DNA of 63,876 nt, filler included, from Rhabdomonas costata (lineage: Eukaryota), in the NCBI GenBank assembly GCA_019059605.1. It is 42 parts of 42 records of this genome, joined end to end, with 100 filler letters (N's around TTAATTAATTAA, not from the genome) between each part and the next. Parts side by side here need not be neighbours in the genome. Positions count along the whole stretch, not along the records: positions 7,616 to 9,041 come from JAHMHO010016366.1; positions 9,142 to 10,564 come from JAHMHO010016367.1; positions 10,665 to 12,087 come from JAHMHO010016368.1; positions 12,188 to 13,612 come from JAHMHO010016369.1; positions 13,713 to 15,135 come from JAHMHO010016370.1; positions 15,236 to 16,659 come from JAHMHO010016371.1; positions 16,760 to 18,176 come from JAHMHO010016372.1; positions 18,277 to 19,699 come from JAHMHO010016373.1; 34 more parts are not named here. One strand, written 5' to 3'. The position numbers and the translations under genes were made by a program. Within the stretch, counting starts at the first letter, position 1; each line of letters begins with the position of its first letter. Positions 8,703 to 21,068 of the stretch are shown one piece after another. Under the pieces are notes generated by a model, which did no database searches, had not been told where the DNA came from, and saw only the letters and a program-made list of their open reading frames with translations.

Positions 8703-11700
8703 TCTGTACCTGTATGTGTTCCTGTTTGTGCTTAGCGTTACCGTTACTGTTACTGTTTCTGTGCGTAGGGTTAGTGGTTGTTGTGTTCTTGCTTCGTGGG
8801 TTCATGGCTGTAGGGTAGTTGGTGTCAGAGGGTGTCATGGTGCTACGGTCTCAGGGGCTAGGTGTCAGGGTTCATGCTTTGGGTGTTGGTGCGTTGGGTC
8901 AGAGTTCTAGCGTAGGGTGGTGGTTGCTGCGATGTCAAGCTGAGTATGTTGCTTCTTGTGTTTCTTTGCGTAGGGTGTGTTTGGGTTCTGAGGTTCGTGT
9001 TTTGGGGTTCGTGGTGTTGGGGTCAGGATGTCGGGATGTTGNNNNNNNNNNNNNNNNNNNNNNNNNNNNNNNNNNNNNNNNNNNNTTAATTAATTAANNN
9101 NNNNNNNNNNNNNNNNNNNNNNNNNNNNNNNNNNNNNNNNNGTGTTTTGTTTACGTATATGGCGCATTTTCATCTGAAAACAGAGTGTCCAATACAAACA
9201 TCAAACAGTCAAAACTTTGAGGAAAGATGCATGTCAAACAGCTTTCCTTCAATTGCCTTAAGGCAACCACTATCAGCAAAATATGGGATTTCTCTTACTT
9301 TACTTTTACTGGCACCCAATTGACTAACCCAAATTCACCAGAAAACAAACACCCACAAGTGCATTTAATTTGGTCAGCATCGGTGAAAAACGCTGTTTCA
9401 TTTTCGATATTATTCAACCTTCACGTGCTTCAGCCACATCGCACAACGCACGCAATGATTTCTTCCCTGCATCCCCATGATCGGACCCTTCTCTTTCCAC
9501 TCACTGGTGTATTTTCCACCCAGGGTTACTTCTTCCGTGTGAATAGTACTTCTTCTGCCGGCCTTTTCCTTCCATTTGTGTGTCTTCAACGGCCTCTGCC
9601 ACTGCGCCATTGTTCCGTTTCCTGCTCTCTTTCTTAACATTTATCCGATTCTCCTCTCTTCTTTCATTGACGGTTTTTTACTCCTTGGTTTTCACCGCAC
9701 ACTGCACCGTGTGCCCTTTTCACTTACCCCGACCACCAATCTGCGTGCCACTTTTGCATTCAATCCAGGTCTTGCGTTGCTTTTTTTTTGTAAATTGTTT
9801 TGTTTTCTACCGAACCCCACCGTTGCCAAACTCCTGTGCCTATGCCGCAGTGCCGTGAGTCAACCACCCCCAAATCTCTGTCCGAGAGGTCTCCTTTTTA
9901 GAAGCGTTTTCCACCACTTGTGAAACGGGTAATACCACAAACACCGTGTCATACCATACCAAATCATATGACACCATCCATCACGCGAAGCGCGGAGGGA
10001 CAATTGTGGGGGAAGTTAAACGTTTAGCACCTCTGACATTTACCACTGATGAGCACTTCGGGCTTTTGCAGATTTTTTTAAATTGCCGTTACTGGCTTCG
10101 GCAATACAACTAGGACAAGATTATTCGGTGCGGAGGCCCAGGCGGACGGCTGGGTTGAGACGCTCATGGGGTGGGTGATGCTAAGTTTAGCAGAGCTAAA
10201 CGACCGAACTGGTGACTTTTTTGCGAGGTTATTTAGAGGGGTTTGGTAAACTGTGTCAACTACCGCTAAATGTAATTAGTGAAGCAAAATGCGGTTGAGC
10301 GTATTGTTTTTCTGCCCCCTATAAAGACAACATTAAAGGGGGATTGGAAAACTGCCCGTTAAAGCAGCTAAACGTAAACACCCCCCCCCTCACAATAAAA
10401 GCGGCAAGAGGACCCCTTTCGAGCAACAATGGACGTCCACCACAACCCCAGTGTCACGTGTCAAAGCTGCAAGCTGTTTTCCAAACGAAGAGCCAGCGTC
10501 CGCTGCGCGGAAAATCGAAAAACCCACGCATACGCACCCAGCGGTGGATGCACTCCACAAACCCNNNNNNNNNNNNNNNNNNNNNNNNNNNNNNNNNNNN
10601 NNNNNNNNTTAATTAATTAANNNNNNNNNNNNNNNNNNNNNNNNNNNNNNNNNNNNNNNNNNNNGTGTTGGGTGTGTGTGGGGGTGGTGTGGAAGATAAA
10701 CCAGAGTGAACGTAGAAATATGTGAGGAAAGAGTCAGTGAACTTGATGAGTGTGTGGGGAAGAAGTAGAGACGTAATGGGCGGCGTCGGCGGGTGTTGTG
10801 GATCGGTGTGATGTGATTGTATCATGTGTGTAGCGTGGATGTGGAACGTGTCAAACAAAACTGGAGTGGATTTGATGGTATGGAGTAAATATTGAATGTG
10901 AGGGAAGAGAGGTTTATGGCAGATATGGAAGAGTGATAGATGTCAGGAGGGGCGGTGAAGGTGATGAATCACATAAGGTCCGTGGGAAAATCTTACTCTG
11001 AGGTGTGCATCTTGCCACATCCGATGAAGGAGGTGGAATGTGGTGCCTGAGATGCAAAGATGCGGTGAAGGCCACCTTGGCGTATCGTAAGAATTCTAAC
11101 ACATGGTGATAGCGGCGACGTAAGAACATGGCCGGAGTGACTGGATCAACTGCGGGGACTTCTGGCTGGTTTGGGGTCGCAGTTGCTGCGGTACTCGGAC
11201 CCTGGTGCTGGAGGCCTTAAGGCCTCCATCATCAAGGCTCTGATATTTCTTCGACAGCACCTTTGGGTGAGAGATCATTAGGCATAGCGCGCCAATGGGC
11301 TGCTTTCCGAAAGAGTTGCGAGAGGTGCTACATTCCAGCCATGTGGCAGCGGCGAATGAGGTACGGTGAGTGTCTAGAGCCCACTCATTGAATCGGTGAA
11401 TGTGAGCAGGATACGATATGTGCAGGAATTGTCGACCTTATTGTGTACGTTTTATGTGTGTATGTGTGTGTTTGAGTGTGTGTTTGTGTGTATGTTTGTG
11501 CGTGTGGACGGGGGACAAAAAACAACTGTTCATGACACAAATTGCCGCTGTTGTAATGTGCAGGTGTTTGTTTCTACTGAACACGGCCTCTTTTGCTCAT
11601 TGCATAGGGTGAGACGAAATATAAACTACCACAGAAGAAGAAAAGGAGGCGTACCTGACTGGCAGGCTGAATCAGCGGGCATTGCCAAGCTCAGGGGATG

Positions 11701-11923
11701 GACATGGACACAATGCACTTGCTAATGGGATGAAATCTAACATCATGTAGGAAGCCCTACCAAAACGCAAGATGAAAATATGAACCAGAGGAACGTAGTG
11801 ACGACTGTGAATGCGAACCGTGATCGAAAAAAAAAAGAATACACAAATGGAAGCAACATGAGGAACATGAGCGCAGCGAATGTGAACGACAGAAGAAACA
11901 ACGGAGGAACATGTCAGGAGCTA

Positions 11924-12083
11924 GTGTGAACGTGACAACTGAATTGGCATTATTTCCTGCGGAACCATTACGCTGATGTCACAAGGCATGTATTGCGTAG
12001 CAGGGAATGCCGTAGTAGAATGACAGCATGATACGTAGCGTAGAGTAGTAGGAATAATGCCAATTCAGTTGTCACGTCCACAC
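11924..12083. repeat. Contig-terminal inverted repeat (~33-bp arms)
   Basis: ACGTGACAACTGAATTGGCATTATT and its reverse complement; outer arm runs into the contig end. Confidence 0.9.
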
Positions 12084-12245
12084 AACANNNNNNNNNNNNN
12101 NNNNNNNNNNNNNNNNNNNNNNNNNNNNNNNTTAATTAATTAANNNNNNNNNNNNNNNNNNNNNNNNNNNNNNNNNNNNNNNNNNNNGGGTGTGGGGGGC
12201 ACCACCGGTTTAGTGCCGGCATGGTGGTCATAGCCGGGGGGCAGA

Positions 12246-12249
<4 letters not shown>

Positions 12250-12287
<38 letters not shown>
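12250..12287 (+). repeat. (GA)n microsatellite
   Basis: Direct observation. Confidence 0.95.
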
Positions 12288-12289
<2 letters not shown>

Positions 12290-14951
12290 CGGGCTCCTTT
12301 GGGGATTCCAAGGTCAAAGCGTGGGGCCCGGAAGGACCGAATGTCGTCACGCATTGGTCCAATGGACGAGGATGGTCGACGCGATTCAGGGTGCAGCTGT
12401 TCTCCCGGCGAGTTGCCCCAACGAAAAGGTGAACAGCTTTCCCCGTGGCCGTTCGTAGGGCTGTGGCGCGGCCGCTCAGCAGCAGCTCCACATTTCGCGG
12501 GTTAGGGGTCCTCTTTAAAGCAGATCAGTCGAGAACCAAACAAACAAAAAATAAAAGCCACCCAAAAGGGAGATGCCACCTATGATTGGTTCGACCAGTT
12601 GAGAACAAAAACAAAAGACCCACACAAATACGAGTCACCAAAACTCAACTGCAACAAAGAAACATACTGCAGCACTGGCGAGCTCCAACTTGGACTTTTA
12701 ACACGGTCCATTCTGCGAGCTGGTCAACACACTAAAGTAACGGCAAAAACGTTCTTATATACGACGAATCACAGCAGACCGATAATTGAATCAAACTCGT
12801 GCCGTATTTGATGTCAGCTCTGGAAAAGCAAACATGCCCAACTCCCACCCGACCAAAGCGCGAATGAGACCAGAACACCCACAAGCAGAGGTGCGCTGAT
12901 CGTCGGCGGCAGCAGCTATTTTTGAATACCCTTGTCACATCTAATATGCACAGATAGAAAATAGTCTTCGTAATTCGAAGAAAAAAGCAGCCGCCCGCGC
13001 CTCGCCGAAAAATCATACAGCTAACTCCACCGTGGAATGCTTCACCCGGCGATGGACACGCAAGTGTACAGGAGCTTCCCACTCATCCTTTTCAACTACT
13101 TCTTTTCTACGACTGTTCCAGATCCACATACGGCTGAACCCGCAATTCCCGCAGTCCCGTGAGGTGATCGTCCACAGAAAGGGTCAATACTTTCAGCCCA
13201 CCCACAGTCTCCACGCGTTCCAGGCAGAACACCACGTAACATGCGAACAGCGTCTCGTTCTCAGACTGAACACCCAAAACAACGCACGCCTCTCTGCACG
13301 ATTATTTTCTATAACACACTGCAGCGCAGCTACCAATCAAAATAGCAAAAAAAAACGATCCTTTCTAGTCCAGAGTAGAAGGTGAACAGGGTAAAGCATA
13401 GACCCTTCGCTATACCTCTGCGCATTTCACTGCAACCTGGGACGACACCTCGAAAAACACACGATATACGGCCGATATGAACACCAGGGCTACACTGCAC
13501 CGCAACCGGGAATTCAACTCAATACCTCCTCCAACGCCAGCAGGAGGCACACTAGCTGGACTACGAAACTTGAATTCTCCAACGCCCCTCCCTCCTCCCC
13601 GGATCTGCCCTANNNNNNNNNNNNNNNNNNNNNNNNNNNNNNNNNNNNNNNNNNNNTTAATTAATTAANNNNNNNNNNNNNNNNNNNNNNNNNNNNNNNN
13701 NNNNNNNNNNNNTGTTTTGGCACACTTCCGTCACAGGTCAACTGCATATATCATTCGGGGGTGAATGGGGTAATCGTCTAGAGAGGGGAGAGAGGCGCCA
13801 CCAATGTGTCTAATTTCAGATATATTTGTTGCTAATCTTTGTTTTTCCCCAGCGCTCGCGCACTTGTCCCCAAATGGAAGAGCGTACTTAAGGCCATAAT
13901 ACCGTTGTTGTCTTCCTCTTTTCTTTTCATCTTTCATCATGTTTTTTAACTTCCCCACAAATGTCGCAAGGCTTGCCAAAAGTGGGAACAAGAAAGGGGA
14001 GGAGGAAACAAGTGAGTAGAGGGAATCCGCTGCCCTCAACACAGGCGAGCCGGTACACCAGCGGCTCGTCCAATTGCTCCCGCACCTCCCCTAGCTCAGC
14101 CTGACTTCTCCCGCAAAGGTGTGGGCCACCGCAAAAGAAAACCGTATCAAGGGATCAAGGGTAAACTCCACTTTCACAAGGACAGGCAAACCCACGCTGG
14201 AGAGCTGCTGGAGGCCAACCTCTTGCAATCAGATTAAGCCAACCTCTTGCAATCAAATTCCCTTAGGACTGGAAAATGGTCCATGGCTCACAAAAAACAA
14301 CCAATAGAAATTAACAAAGATAGCGAAAAGGTAGCTAAACTTGAGCTGCCGAGTGAAAAGCGTAATGGTGATGTTTTGAACGAGCAGTTTTGTGAGGCGA
14401 CCCCGGCAACATTCACACGAAGGCGAAAGGCGAAGGGCGACTCACATTTCAATCCATTAATCTGTTGCGTGTTAGCGTGTGGTCAACATTAAGACATTAT
14501 TGGTATGAGCCTGACGTCCGTTTTCGTTTAATTCGTCTCTGAGCTTTTGGAGGGTATATCGGGGGGCGAGCCGAATCCGATAAGTGCTCCTAATATCGAT
14601 TGAGAAGCCACGTTGCATGGTTCGATGCAAAAAACGATCTGCAAAACATTCTCAGTTGCTGAGAGTAGGGAGAGAAGGGGGTACTTGCAGCCTGTGAGGT
14701 TGGGAGGTTCAAAGCACCACTCTCACCGGTAAGCATCGTGAACGCCACTCATGCGATTGCAGGTAGCAGCAAGCTGAAAGAACTGACAACTATTAAGAAC
14801 CCCAGTTGTTCTTTTCGTGTCAGGCTTGAAGATGTTGGTAAGTCTTTGGTATGAGTATAACACTGATCCTGCACGCCCCCCACCCCGACTTGAAAAACCA
14901 TTTTCTTGAGGCGGTATCGCATAGGCGGAAGAGAAGCCAACAGGTCCAGAC

Positions 14952-15095
14952 CTCCGCAGATGGACCCTCGGCGGTGAATCCCCCAAGCAGAAAGAGCTGC
15001 CCCTGGAACGGCTGCAGCGCCATTGCGGAGCGGCTGGAGAAAGGGGCTGCGGCCATGGCCAAGATCCAGTGATGCCCGTCCGGAGTGCTCCAAAC
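14952..15095 (-). CDS. Kelch-like beta-propeller repeat, one exon
   Basis: AG|VWSTPDGHHWILAMAAAPFSSRSAMALQPFQGQLFLLGGFTAEGPSAE|GT; 144 nt, phase 0-0. Confidence 0.75.
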
Positions 15096-16879
15096 CTTTG
15101 CGGAAGAGGGAGACGTAACGGTAAACCCCAAAACCNNNNNNNNNNNNNNNNNNNNNNNNNNNNNNNNNNNNNNNNNNNNTTAATTAATTAANNNNNNNNN
15201 NNNNNNNNNNNNNNNNNNNNNNNNNNNNNNNNNNNGGGTACTTCCTCTTTCCGTCGAACCCAGTCCGTTGTGTGAGAGAAACACTGACCGAGGCCGTTTG
15301 CGCACACGTTTTTGTAGTGGGCGTTGTTTTTCACTCTGTCGCCCTTTCTTTGAAGAGAAGCGCCACCCACCTAACGGAAGTGGACCGACCCCAGGGGCCA
15401 GAGTGCCTGTTTTGCCCACAAGTCTTTTTGGTGTTGAGAAAGGCTGTGAAAGGGACGGGGTGGGTTCCAACCTCCCGGTTTCCCAGAAACCCTCTTCTTG
15501 TCTTCGTGGCCCCCATGCTTGCGCCTCCCTCCTTTCATGGGGGCGGCGTGCTTTCCGGCGGCCAGAACGAAAAGGCAACAAACTCTTTCGAGGTCAAGCA
15601 GAACCAAACGACAGCCCTGACCTCTTTTGCAGTTCCTTTGCGTGCTGTTTTTCCCCACGCCTTCTCTCCGATTAACACGCGCCTCCACCCACCTCGGTGT
15701 TTTTGAGTTTGCACCCCTTTGCGCCTGCCACGTAAAGGCTCGCTAAAGGTCAAAATCACCTGTGCCACGTCTCTCACTTTTGCTCACGTTGGTAGGCTCT
15801 TTGTGTCTCTATGTAGCGCCTCAGACAAAAAGACCGCCACGTCGGGTTTCGACCCAGCCAGCGCCAGAAACGGGGTGGTTCGTGTACAGGACGTTCCAAG
15901 TGTGAGGTGGTGCAGGCTCCGCCCAGTGTGTGTGTCGGGGGGGGGGGGAGCGTAGAGTCAGTGCTACCCCCTCCCCAGCCGCCGCTGCGCTTGGCAGCCG
16001 GGGAGCCGCCCCACACAGCCACAGTGGTGTTGGTGAACCTGCTCCTGTTTCTTTTTCTGCTGCACCTGGTCCTCTTTTCGCTTCTGTGTCCCGTTCTCCG
16101 GTGGGGTTCTCTTGTGGTTTTGTATTTCTGTTTGTGTGCCACGAACGACGTCTTTTGTGTGTGACGGTGAACTGTCTCGGTGGCCGGTACTTTTCCTGCG
16201 ACTGGCAAGTCTCAGTGTTGGGGCGTTGATGGCCTGTGTGTAGGAGGGGTGCTCACGGCCTTTCTTTTCTTCGCCCTGCTTTTGTTTTGCACCCGCTGGT
16301 TTACGCCTCTTCCTCCTGCTTTTTGGGACTGGCGTGCTTTGAGGGTGCCAGACTTTACTTGAGGGTTTCGCGTTGGTGAGTTTCTGTGGGGAATCGGGGG
16401 AAGCTGTGGGGCCAGTGGGTTTGGTGTTTTGCTCTTGAAAAGAGTCAAAGTTCAACGAGAAAGTTGTTTTCACTTTCTTCCTTTCTCAGAGCAAGTAGAA
16501 AGGGTCTGTCAGAGCGGGGGCGTGCTGGGGAGATGCGTTGCCTGGTTTCAGGCAGGTGGTATAGCTAGGTTCACAGCAAGAGTTTGCCCACAGTTAAAAC
16601 CCCTTCCTGTACCTCTCACTGTCCCGCACGCCTTTCCCCAAACGTCAGGAGGGTCCGGANNNNNNNNNNNNNNNNNNNNNNNNNNNNNNNNNNNNNNNNN
16701 NNNTTAATTAATTAANNNNNNNNNNNNNNNNNNNNNNNNNNNNNNNNNNNNNNNNNNNNGTGTTGGTTTTTTCAAAGGCGGCCTGAATTTCTTTACAACA
16801 TTCTTTCGACCGCTTGACAAACTCCTTGACTGTCTCTTGCTCTCTGTCTGCGTAGAACTTCTCCGGTTTGGTAGCTTCT

Positions 16880-17350
16880 GGTACATCACCAAAGAGAACA
16901 ATGTGGAATCAGAAGTCAGGTAGTATGGACTAAACTCCGTGTTCGCGATGGGAGCGTTGATGGCCATTTCCACCAATGGTATGTGATCACCCCAGGAAAC
17001 GGTAGGTCGTTGGATCTGCAGTGTTCAAAGGACCTGCTTTAGTGCATGATTAGTCTTCAGCTTGTCCGTTAGTCTGTGGACTTTGGTTGAAGCTCGTATT
17101 TTGATTTCCAGGGCTCATACTGTATGCCAAAACATGCGCATGAGCTGATCCCTGTCGGAGACCACACTTCGCCTTAGTGCATTTTACTTGACAACAGCGT
17201 CCAAAAACTGGGATAATGTCAGATCAGTGTAGTGCTTTTTTGGTTGTGATCAGATGAAACATTTTGGTTCCTATCTGTGAGATTTATGGTATGATCTGGT
17301 TAAAGACCAGATGGTTTCCAGGTAGTTGGCACTCACCCACATTTGTCCAG
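16880..17350 (-). mobile_element. Decayed Ty3/Gypsy LTR-retrotransposon integrase core
   Basis: Frameshifted remnants VVSDRD..FW, IKIRASTKVH, LKQVL and WGDHIPLVEMAIN..TEFSPYYL match Gypsy integrase motifs. Confidence 0.75.
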
Positions 17351-18498
17351 CCAATTGAGACAGACTGCCATTTCTGTTTGGGGATACTACAAGAGCACAC
17401 CCAAGACGACACCACATGAACCGCGGAGTCACGCACAGACTCAGACGTCGAAGATACGCTGGAAACCTGCTAGTCCCCCGCAAAGTAAAAAGCGGAATTC
17501 CACCAAGAAGGGAGGGGGGACTGGTTTTTTCAGATTCTCGTGAAAGCTCGATGGAGAGCTTTCAAGCCGAGCACATGCAGGATGTGAACTAAAATAGATA
17601 AAAAAATGTAGAAAAGCATTTTGATTTATCGATTTTTGGTTGTTTTTGCTGATTAAAGGATTTTCAGATAAAGTAAAAGGAGATGTTACGAGACGTCTTT
17701 TTGAATGCACCATTCTGCGAAATATGCGAAACTAGAGAAGATTGGAGAAGGTATACTTGTCATATGTCATGTTTCTGTCCACTTTACAATCTTCCTTTCC
17801 ACTGCACCAGAAGCTGAAGGAATTGACAATGAAAGGCTTTGCTCACTGAGACAGTGTTCAACCTTTCGGCGATGGGAAAGCCTTCTCGAAAATTGCGGCA
17901 ACCACCATACTGAATTAAGAAGAATCAAGAAAGGCGGAGCAGAGGAACACATTGGCAAGAACGAAAGTACCTGTGACGAGCTTTCCTTCAGTTCCAGCAC
18001 TGTTTTCGACGCCCATTTTAGAGCTGGTCTGGTTTGCTTAGAGGACAGCAAATAACATGACATCTTTTCATTACAGCCTTCCCCTGAGCTTTTTAGCTCA
18101 GAGGGTGTGCTTTCTTTGCTTTCTCGGGATCTTCTGAGTGCTTTGTGACGAAAAAGGGTTTGAGTCGGTTTCTTGANNNNNNNNNNNNNNNNNNNNNNNN
18201 NNNNNNNNNNNNNNNNNNNNTTAATTAATTAANNNNNNNNNNNNNNNNNNNNNNNNNNNNNNNNNNNNNNNNNNNNTTGTTGTTGTAACTTTTTTTTTTT
18301 TGCTTTTTTATCTTTTGGGTATTTTCTGTCCAACCAATTCCTTCCATTATTGGTTGATGAAGCAGAGAAGAAGACATTGGGGCTGTCCTAAAATTTGTTC
18401 AAATGCAGCTTTATCGCTCTGCGTTGTGCGCGTGGTCCTCTTGCATCCAGGCTTCGGGGAATTAACTTAACCACCTCGATGCCTAATGTGAACTTCAG

Positions 18499-19358
18499 CT
18501 TCCTGGACGGCTACCAGAATCAAATGCGGTTTGTCACCCCAGCGAGCCTGCGCTCGGCGGAGGTGCGTGGCGCGCCCAGATTTCTAGAGACTGGGATAGG
18601 GACTGGATTGGAGTTATGCCTTTCCTGGGTTGTTGGGGTTCTCGACCTCTGCCTTGTCTGCTCTCCCCTAACCTCTTTCCCGAAAGTTGAAAGGGAAACG
18701 AAGCATTCCCCACTGTTGAAGGGATCGTGGGTTATGCGGGAGCACATTTGCTCCACAAGATTTCGAAGTTGTCGGAGTAGTTTTGATGTAGTATTCTGCA
18801 ATGTGTTGGGGGCGGACACCACAGACTATGAAACCGTTTTATTGGTTTGGTTGTGAAGAAGAATTTCTCTTGTTTGGTTTGTGAGCATTCGTTTCCTCCG
18901 ATTCCCAGCCCTAACTTGCTTTCTCCTCCCGCCCGCAGTATTTGAATGGTGGAGGGCCGTTTTATATTATCCCTCCTGTATCCGTGAAAATGGCCAGCAC
19001 CCTGAAAAGAAGATTCCTCAGTGAACCTCCGCAGTCTTCTTTCCGCAGTCTTTCATTTCCTCGCGTATCGCATATCGTTGCAGTGTCATGTGCACGTTGC
19101 TCTCTGTCGTGTCAGGTTTTTTATGCTGTACCAGCGTCGCTTCGGCTTTCGGCTGCGCGTCTTGGTGGTCAAATTTTTCAGGGGTTGATGGCAGTTTCGG
19201 GCTATCAATACTTCCACATAAACGCGACACACCTCTGCTTCCCGGAGGCCTCCATTTACCCGTTGGGTGACTTTTTCACCCCTGCTTTTCTCACTGGGAA
19301 GACACTGCTGGACGTCGGCGCAAACAACGGTGGCTGGTGTTTGACCGCCGTCTTCCGG
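18499..19358 (+). CDS. Class I SAM-dependent methyltransferase (spliced fragment)
   Basis: Exon 19182-19358 contains motif I GKTLLDVGANNG. Probable upstream exons at 18499-18562 and from 18939. Confidence 0.7.
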
Positions 19359-20165
19359 GTTTGCTTTCTTGCGGAGCTTTTTCTTATGTGTGTCTGTCTT
19401 TCTGTCCGCGTGTCCGTCTGTCTGTCGGTCGGTCTGTCTGTCTGTCCGTCTCCTGTCTTTCTCTGATTTCTTGTTGTCGCAAATAAAAAGAAGCAATAAG
19501 GAGCGAATGTGACCCAGTGAGCGTAACCATCCTTATGGTGGTGAAGCTAACCACACAGAGGAGGGACTCGAGGACCCGAGAGTCACGACGTCGGTGGATG
19601 GAAGGAGCGTAGCGACAGCGTAGCGACTGACTGACGACTGAATCGGCACTGTCCCTGCGGGGCCTTGACGCTCTCATCCACACCCTCCGACAACAAACAN
19701 NNNNNNNNNNNNNNNNNNNNNNNNNNNNNNNNNNNNNNNNNNNTTAATTAATTAANNNNNNNNNNNNNNNNNNNNNNNNNNNNNNNNNNNNNNNNNNNNG
19801 GTGTGTGTAGATGTGTAGTGAATGAAGAGTGCCACATCGGGATGTTTGTGTATGGGTGTGTGAATCGAGGGAGCACCACCAAGCTTCCCAGTGAGCAGTG
19901 AGCAGTGAGCAAACTTCCTCATGATGTCAGACATCCGTCATCTGCCCCCCCCCCTTTTTGTTTTGCAATTTGCACGGCAAGACAACGACGGCCTCGGCCA
20001 TGGGCTTGGTTTATTTGGATGGGCTATGTGACTTCGAAATTACTGTGCGAATTCTTGCCGGCTGTCGGCAAATCCAGTCCACAGCTTTCATCCCTGCCCC
20101 ATGCTGTTGTGCAAAAATGAGGGGTTCTGAAGCAGAGTGGATGGGGATGGGCACACCACTCCCAC

Positions 20166-21068
20166 GTGGGATTCAGAAAACTGATCAAGTTCCACAGCTC
20201 CTGCACGTTGTTCTGCACTGGAGTCCCTGCGAAGGAGGAAGGTGGAGGGAGAATAACAGAAGTCTTCACAACGAGCACGTGGTGCGTGTGAACTCATGTC
20301 CAATTTAATTGAGCGAGGAGCTGGGTGAGAGAGAAACACAATGTGTGGGCTAAAGCCCCCCGCGCAGACGAAAATGTCGAGGAGAAATCCTTGGAAAGGA
20401 TCATATACCGCGGCAACTCCCATCTTTCCTGCCAAAGACGAGAACAAGGATTGTGTTCATGCGGGGAAGGGCGAGTGAGAGTGAGACCCGTCAGCATCAC
20501 TCGAGACTCCGCCGTGAGGGAGCTGAGAGTCCTGCACAGCGCAGAGTTCTGAGGAGACGGAAAAGGTGAGCAAGCAAGAATACAGGACAGGCCTTTGGTC
20601 ATAAACCTAAGCTTCCATACAAGAGGTGCGAAAATGGTAAAGCCGCGAAGGAGATTAAACCAATTCCTCGAAAACCTTGAGAGATAGGGCATGCATCACA
20701 GCAGAGACAGCGGCCGGCACGGCCTGGAGAGGGGGGTGCACACTTTGTTCTTTAATCGGTGCCCCTCGTCGATGACCATGCATTCAAACCTGAAGCCCTT
20801 AAGCCTGCGGAAAAATCGATAAAAGCTCCCTTTCACAGCCAACTCGGACCCAGCCCTTTTTTGCGCCCATGGCACGGAACAACAGCTGAGTGAGCTACTT
20901 TTAACAGAAAAGCGCACATATGGACTTGCCGCAAACAACCGTGATCGCTACTATTGCGCACCTGACGGAGACTCCAGAAAACTCACAATCACACCGCTCA
21001 AATTCCTTCAGAGCAATCTCGTAGGACGTCAGCAGAATGTTCACCTTGCACGGGACCATCCCCGAGCG
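20166..21068 (-). CDS. SNF2-family (CHD-like) chromatin-remodelling ATPase, four exons
   Basis: Exons 21068-20995, 20804-20744, 20548-20488 and 20226-20166 with phase-compatible GT-AG introns: VNILLTSYE, MVIDEGHRLKN, RVMLTGTPVQNNVQELWNLISFLNP. Confidence 0.92.
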
